A DNA stretch of 64,000 bases from Ranitomeya imitator (Eukaryota): positions 187,302,001-187,366,000 of the forward strand of contig NC_091288.1 in the NCBI RefSeq assembly GCF_032444005.1, given 5' to 3'. The notes beneath the pieces were generated by a model. It saw only the letters and a program-made list of their open reading frames with translations. It searched no databases and had not been told where the DNA came from. Position numbers and translations under genes: made by a program. Below are positions 57,396 to 64,000 of the stretch, piece by piece. The stretch's first letter is position 1, and each line of letters starts with the position of its first letter.

Positions 57396-58068
57396 TTGTG
57401 TTCTCTTCTGTCCTCACAACCCAAAGGCTCTTATCAGAGCCGCCCACATCTCAGTGAGAGGCTGCACCTTCCTATTCCTGCGCTATGGTTCCTGGTGGTC
57501 TTAAAATCTAGGTTAATAAATGGTTTAGAAACCTTTCACGAGCCACAAACCTCTTCGTGTAAGGCTAAATGTACCTCGCTGTGCTGTGATCTTCTGTCTC
57601 CTGTGCGCTGGTGACTTCTCTACGCTCTTATGTGATTTCGGCAGTGAACAAGGCAAACGCATGTGCAGAAAGACGGATGATGATACCTGACACTAACGGA
57701 TAAACACTGTTCCGCGGTCCCGGGTACCGACCTCTGATGCTGGGTATGGGCGGATGGTTCTGTTGTAGCTTTGGGTGTTTGAATTTCCCGCCTTGTGGCT
57801 TCAGTTTCTTCCTGCAGCTCGTGGTGTCAGGACTGGCGGCTGTAGGACGATGTTTGTGTGCAATGATGGCTTGTTCTGGAAGAGTGCCTCACATGTATCT
57901 AGGCTTCCCAGATAAGGGAGCAATATTCACTGGATAGAGCTGGAGCTCAGCAGAGCTGTGGGTTCCCGGTGGAAGGAGTGAAGCCGCATTATCCAGATTC
58001 TGGGATGTGCCTGCAGTGTGTGATCTGGGACCAGGGTCTTTTCCATTATCTTGACCTAGAAATACTAA

Positions 58069-58375
58069 GTCTAAGTTCACATTAGCGTTGCGCCGCTGTT
58101 GCGTCGGCGACGCAGCGGCGACGCGCCCCTATGTTTAACATAGGGGACGCGTGCGTCTTTTTGGTTGCGTTTTTCGCCACGTGCGTCGTTTCCGACGCTG
58201 GCGTCGGACGCACGAAAACGCTACAAGTTGCATTTTCTGTGCGTCCGATTTTGGTCAAAAACGACGCACGCGTCGCAAAACGCGCGCGTTTTTGCGCGCG
58301 TTTGCGCGCGTTTTTCGATGCGTCGCGCGTTGCGTCGCCGACGCAGGGCGGCGCAACGCTAGTGTGAACGTACCC
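58069..58375. mobile_element. PIF/Harbinger-type MITE (307 bp)
   Basis: TAA duplication at 58066-68 and 58376-78. Imperfect TIR GTCTAAGTTCACATTAGCGTTGCGCCGC / GCGGCGCAACGCTAGTGTGAACGTACCC. CpG-rich palindromic interior, no coding capacity. Confidence 0.85.
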
Positions 58376-60212
58376 TAACCTGGTTTTCCCAAGCAGATCC
58401 CTCTACAGCTCTAATAACGGGGCAACTCCCGGCGTTTTCTAAATTAAGATGTTGTCCTAAGATGCTGCTTTTATTGGGCGCTGATTAGTATCGGGTGCAG
58501 CGTCTCTGCAGGGCACAATATCCCCCGTGCGGCTGCCTGTAGTATCGGTCACAGCCTGGGACGTGTCTTCTATACTCTCCCCTCTTATTTTCCTCCCCGT
58601 CTTTCCATACTAGAGCCGGCACCGCAAACTTCGGGTGATGCGGTTTCTTCTCATTGATCTATTACATAAACCTCACAGATTTATGGGGACTATATCCGCA
58701 CACTGCCTCCCAGAGACCCCTCTATGCAGACAGTACAGACCCCGGAGTGATGCGGTTACTACAGTCCTGCCGTGAGATGAATGTGTTGATTCTGCAACTT
58801 GATGTTATACTGAACAGGGGGCAGCGGATATTCACAGGGGATGTGGCTGTCTGAGGCAGCTGGATGGACGGACGCCCTGTGTACCGGGTACGGAGACTCC
58901 TGTGTGATGGCCACGTCCTGGACACTAAGGTTTCGGATGGATGGCGCCTCTGAAGACTATTATAACCTCCCCAGAATAATAATGGTAACCGATAGAGTTG
59001 AGCGACCTTGACCTTTTTAGAGTCGAGCCGGGTTTCGCGAAACCCGACTATCTCAAAACTCGGGTCGAGTGAAATCGGCCGATTACGGCGAAAAGTCGGG
59101 ATCGACCGAAACACGAAACCCAATGCAAGTCAATGGGGCAGCATAGTCGGCAGTGAGTGGGGGCCAGGAAAACACCTAGAGTGCCCATTTTAATGTCAAA
59201 ACCATCCATTCTTCTTAATGAAGCTTGTCAAGCGTAATTTACCTTATAATAATTGGAAGGCATTTGAAATTGGGGGTCATTTGGCTAAAGTTGTGGTGGG
59301 TAGGGCTGGTTCAAGTAATTAGTGGGCCCAGGAAATCTGGACCACGTCACGGCAGTGGAGCAGGGAGAGGTAAGTATTTCAACTTTGCAATTGCTGTGAA
59401 CCTGAGCAAGCAGGGGGGGCCCACTTGTTGGCATTGGCACTGGCACAGGGCCCCTCAAAGTACAGCGGTGTGTTTGCACAGCGGGGGCGCCTCCCACCGG
59501 CAGCAACACTTTTGCGTACTATGAGAGGCCCTGTGCCAGTGACGTCGCCAACTAGTATTCCTCCCCCCACCTGATGAAGGAACCTGCACTTTCATCTGCA
59601 CCTTCCTGTTTGTCCCCGTGTAAGGTGGTATGGTATGCGGGAAGAGCAACCTGACTTTCAGCAGGGTCACAATGTTGTTGTGTAGCGTGCACGGGGAATG
59701 TTGCGTTATGGGTCAATGTACCAGCAGACTCATCTATCACTGGCTGGGCAATGGGCACGATGAAGTGGAAACACAGATATAGGCCCAAAGAATAAAGTGG
59801 GCTAAATGCAGTTCAAAATTGGTAACACAGGAATAACCAGGGGGCATTGCAGTGGAGGACAACTGGAATGAGAGGCTGACACAGAGAGTAGGGCCAAATC
59901 AGTAAGTAGTCGAAATGCAGTTCAAAATTGGCAACCGTAGTAAACAGGCGGCACAGCTTTGTTCAGTGGAGGAGAACAGCAAGGAGTGGCAGACACCGAT
60001 AGTAGGCCCCAACCCAACTAGTAGGCCAAATGCAGTCTAACATTAACAACTACTTAACGAGAGCCTGAAAATGGAATTTCAGGACAGGAAACCAGGAGAA
60101 CAGCAAGGAGTGGCAGACACCGATAGTAGGCCCCAAACCAACTAGTACGCCAAATGCAGTTGTTCCATTTAACCACAATTTAATGAGAGCCTGAAGATAG
60201 AAGCTCAGGAAA

Positions 60213-60510
60213 GGCAACCTGGGGAACACCTTGGAGTGTAACACACCATCTCTCTCCACCCCATACCCATTTTGTAGGCCTAATGCAGTGTACTTTTCTA
60301 CAACTACTAAACGAGAGTCGGAAGACCGAAGCAATGGCAAGGAAACCTGGGGAACACCTTGGAGTGTAACACACCATCTCTCTCCACCCCATACCCAATT
60401 TGTAGGCCTAATGCAGTGTAGTTTCCAAGAACTACTAAACGAGAGCCGGAAGATCGAAGCTCTGGAAAGGCAACCTGGGGAACACCTTGGAGTGTAACAC
60501 AACCTCTCTC
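60213..60510. repeat. 128-bp tandem repeat (~2.3 copies) inside hAT
   Basis: GGGGAACACCTTGGAGTGTAACACA at 60221, 60349 and 60477. Confidence 0.85.
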
Positions 60511-60964
60511 TACACCACGGAAGGGCTGATTCTTAGGAAGGAAGGCTGTTGGAAATAAGCATTGCGCGTCCGAGGGTGATTATATTCTTATTAGGTATAT
60601 ACTCACCCTCGGACGCGCCCTGCTTCTTTATTTGTAATGAATGTTTATTTGCAATGTGGTTTTGACTTACTCTATTATTTTTGTAATTAATGATTTAATT
60701 ATTTTCATTGTTTTACATCTTCTTGGCAATAATATAAAGAAGACGCGACAGGACAACACTCGGTGGATGCCATATCTGTGTTTTCAATTTAAAAAACCTT
60801 TCAGTTAACTACTTGCAGGAGAAAGTAATTGTAGCTGGTGGCCATTTTTTGTACTGTTCCAGATTTTAGTTGTGTGTTTGTTTTTAATGTTAAAATGTCT
60901 GCATTTGATATCTCACCACTATTTTCTTTTTTATAATTAAAATACTTATTATTTTATTTTATGA

Positions 60965-61925
60965 TGTTGGTTCAAGGGGTACACGGGCAGCAGTAGACAG
61001 GTCACTGGAGGCCTAGTGGAAGGAGGGAACGCAGACAGGCTTCGAAGGCCTAACATAATATATTGGGCTGGCTGTAGGCAATTTATAATTGGTTCCATGG
61101 GAACACGGGCAGCAGTAGACAGGTCAGTGGAGGCCTAGTGGAAGGAGTGACGGCAGACAGGCATCAAAGGCCTAACATAATAACATTGGGCTGTTGGCAA
61201 TTTTAAATTGGTTCCAGGGGTACACGGGCAGCAGTGGTCTGGTCAGTGTAGTAGTAGTTGAAAGAACGGACCGCAGACAGGCTTCGAAGGCCTAACATAA
61301 CAAAATTGGTCTGGCTGTAGGCACTTTTAAATTGGTTCCAGGGGTACACGGGCAGCAGTGGTCTGGTCAGTGGAAGTCTAGTGGAAGGAGTGACGGCAGA
61401 CAGGCTTCGAAGGCCTAACATAACAAAATTGGGCTGGCTGTAGGCACTTTTAAATTGGTTCCAGGGGTACACGTGCACCAGTGGTCTGGTCAGTGTAGTA
61501 GTAGTTCAAAGAACGGACCGCAGACAGGCTTCGAAGGCCTAACATAACAAAATTGGGCTGGCTGTAGGCACTTTTAAATTGGTTCCAGGGGTACACGGGC
61601 AGCAGTGGTCTGGTCAGTGGAAGTCTAGTGGAAGGAGTGACGGCAGACAGGCTTCGAAGGCCTAACATAACAAAATTGGGCTGGCTGTAGGCACTTTTAA
61701 ATTGGTTCCAGGGGTACACGGGCAGCAGTGGTCTGGTCAGTGGAAGTCTAGTGGAAGGAGTGACGGCAGACAGGCTTCGAAGGCCTAACATAACAAAATT
61801 GGGCTGGCTGTAGGCACTTTTAAATTGGTTCAAGGGGAACACGGCCAGCAGTGGCCTGGTCAGTGTAGTAGTTGTAGAAAGAACGGACCGCAGACAGGCT
61901 TCGAAGGCCTAACATAACAAAAATG
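60965..61925. repeat. 123/124-bp tandem repeat (~8 copies, two subtypes) inside hAT
   Basis: GGTTC(C/A)AGGGG starts at 61210, 61334, 61457, 61581, 61704 and 61827, with two more degenerate copies upstream. Confidence 0.9.
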
Positions 61926-62381
61926 TCAAAACAATGGTATTGTCAGTGCCAGGCATTGAAGGATGTCAGCGCATAGACTAAACATTGGTGAAGCTGTGAG
62001 AGATAATTTTGCTAGTGGTAGAGCACTGTTTGAGCTGGGGGGGGGAACTGTCTTGTGGCCGGCGGTACAGGCACAGGGCCCCTCATATTACAATGGTGTG
62101 TCTGACGTTGGGTGCGCACCACCACCGCCAGAGACACTTTATTGTACTATGAGGGACCCAGTGGCAGTGCCGTCGACCAAAAGCGGGCTCACCCACCTCT
62201 TCAGACAAACTGCACTCTCACGGGTGCTGGCGCAAAGTGGCGATACCACGGCCCCGTGTGGGGAGTTTGGCCATTTTGTTAGGAGTAAACATGTCGTATG
62301 CTGGACAATCAGGTGCAGAAAATTACGAGATTGGAAAAGTCATTCAGAAGAGTCCACAGTCAAGACCTTTTCATAGGAAAG

Positions 62382-63998
62382 CTAGGTGTCAGCCGGGCAA
62401 GGTGGGGCAAAAGATTTCGAAATCCAGTTGTGGTTCATTTTAATGAAGGTTAGATCATCTACATTTTGGGTAGCCAGACGAGTCCTTTTTTCAGTTAGTA
62501 TTGAACCTGCAGCACTGAATACTCTTTCTGATAGGACACTAGCTGCCGGGCAAGCAAGCTCCTGCAATGCATATTCTGCCAATTCTGGCCAGGTGTCTAA
62601 TTTGGATGCCCAGTAATCAAATGGGAATGACGGTTGAGGGAGAACGTCGATAAGGGATGAAAAATAGTTTGTAACCATACTGGACAAATGTTGTCTACTG
62701 TCACTTTGAATTGATGCTGCAGTACCTGTCCTGTCTGCGGTCATAGCAAAATCACTCCACAACCTGGTTAGAAAACCCCTCTGGCCAACGCCACTTCTGA
62801 TTTCTGCCCCTCTAACACCTCTGGTCTGCTGCCCCCTGGAGCTCGTGTGAGAACGATCACGGGCGCTGTGTGCAGGGAATGCCTGAAGCAAACGGTCAAC
62901 AAGAGTTGATTGTTTTGTTGCTAATATTAGTTCCAAGTTCTCATGTGGCATAATATTTTGCAATTTGCCTTTATAGCGAGGATCAAGGAGGCAGGCCAAC
63001 CAGTAATCGTCATCGTTCATCATTTTTGTAATGCGTGTGTCCCTTTTGAGGATACGCAAGGCATAATCCGCCATGTGCCCCAAAGTTCCAGTTGTCAAAT
63101 CTGCGGTTGTGCTTGGTTGAGGGGCAGTTGCAGGCAAATCTACGTCACTTGTGTCCCTCAAAAAACCAGAACCCGGCCTTGCCACGCCACCAATTTCCAG
63201 TGACCCCGGGAAAGCTTCCTCATTAAAAATATACTCATCCCCATCATCCTCCTCATCCTCCACCTCCTCTTCGCCCGCTACCTCGTCCTGTACACTGCCC
63301 TGACCAGACAATGGCTGACTGTCATCAAGGCTTTCCTCTTCCTCTGGTGCAGACGCCTGATCCTTTATGTGCGTCAAACTTTGCATCAGCAGACACATTA
63401 GGGGGATGCTCATGCTTATTATGGCGTTGTCTGCACTAACCAGCCGTGTGCATTCCTCAAAACACTGAAGGACTTGACACATGTCTTTAACCTTCGACCA
63501 CTGCACACCTGACAACTCCATGTCTGCCATCCTACTGCCTGCCCGTGTATGTGTATCCTCCCACAAAAACATAACAGCCCGCCTCTGTTCGCACAGTCTC
63601 TGAAGCATGTGCAGTGTTGAGTTCCACCTTGTAACAACGTCTATGATTAGGCGATGCTGGGGAAGGTGCAAAGAACGCTGATAGGTCTGCATACGGCTGG
63701 AGTGTACAGGCGAACGGCGGATATGTGCGCAAAGTCCACGCACTTTGAGGAGCAGGTCGGATAACCCCGGATAACTTTTCAGGAAGCACTGCACCACCAG
63801 GTTTAAGGTGTGAGCCAGGCAAGGAATGTGTTTCAGTTGGGAAAGGGAGATGGCAGCCATGAAATTCCTTCCGTTATCACTCACTACCTTGCCTGCCTCA
63901 AGATCTACAGTGCCCAGCCACGACTGCGTTTCTTGCTGCAAGAACTCGGACAGAACTTCCGCGGTGTGTCTGTTGTCGCCCAAACACTTCATAGCCAA
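62382..63998 (-). CDS. hAT (Ac/ZBED-like) transposase, N-terminus outside window
   Basis: 538 open codons with SDNGRN (catalytic D), CLAHTLNL (CxxH), TRWNST, LLDPRYK, ASVLSERVFSAAG (catalytic E) and a C-terminal hATC dimerisation region. Confidence 0.92.
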   Translation of the reverse strand: MAMKCLGDNRHTAEVLSEFLQQETQSWLGTVDLEAGKVVSDNGRNFMAAISLSQLKHIPCLAHTLNLVVQCFLKSYPGLSDLLLKVRGLCAHIRRSPVHSSRMQTYQRSLHLPQHRLIIDVVTRWNSTLHMLQRLCEQRRAVMFLWEDTHTRAGSRMADMELSGVQWSKVKDMCQVLQCFEECTRLVSADNAIISMSIPLMCLLMQSLTHIKDQASAPEEEESLDDSQPLSGQGSVQDEVAGEEEVEDEEDDGDEYIFNEEAFPGSLEIGGVARPGSGFLRDTSDVDLPATAPQPSTTADLTTGTLGHMADYALRILKRDTRITKMMNDDDYWLACLLDPRYKGKLQNIMPHENLELILATKQSTLVDRLLQAFPAHSARDRSHTSSRGQQTRGVRGAEIRSGVGQRGFLTRLWSDFAMTADRTGTAASIQSDSRQHLSSMVTNYFSSLIDVLPQPSFPFDYWASKLDTWPELAEYALQELACPAASVLSERVFSAAGSILTEKRTRLATQNVDDLTFIKMNHNWISKSFAPPCPADT

Positions 63999-64000
63999 TA

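Larger units (their letters stand above)
58993..64000 (-). mobile_element. hAT DNA transposon (3' part; continues beyond the window)
   Basis: Terminus TAGAGTTGAGCG at 58993 where homology to the histone spacer stops abruptly; palindromic subterminal motifs, internal tandem repeats and a hAT transposase ORF. Confidence 0.8.

Overview
Eukaryotic (vertebrate, most likely frog; inferred from the histone variants and the L2/hAT/MITE termini) replication-dependent histone gene cluster. Two near-identical tandem units have all genes on the + strand in the order H1-H3-H4-H2B-H2A. Each unit is a ~15-kb core plus variable satellites; the H1-H1 distance is 25,587 bp and the H3-H3 distance is 32,592 bp. 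About 28 kb of the window is a 33/36-bp minisatellite starting inside the H1 3' stem-loop (10.4 kb and 17.2 kb). A second, 24-bp minisatellite starts inside the H2B stem-loop (29 and 40 copies). Both are built from histone mRNA 3'-processing signals: the stem-loop 3' arm, the cleavage site and, for H1, a U7-binding HDE in every monomer. This is the main novel observation. Each unit also carries a decayed L2 LINE and short L2 3' tails. Both H2B CDSs have an identical 275-N mask, and the second H2A has a 1-bp frameshift. Tandem homology stops at 55,766. It is followed by a disabled BRAT1-like C-terminal fragment, an orphan H4 with diverged flanks, a Harbinger-type MITE and the 3' part of a hAT transposon with an open transposase frame. 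The huge ORFs in the supplied track are by-products of repeats whose lengths are multiples of 3.
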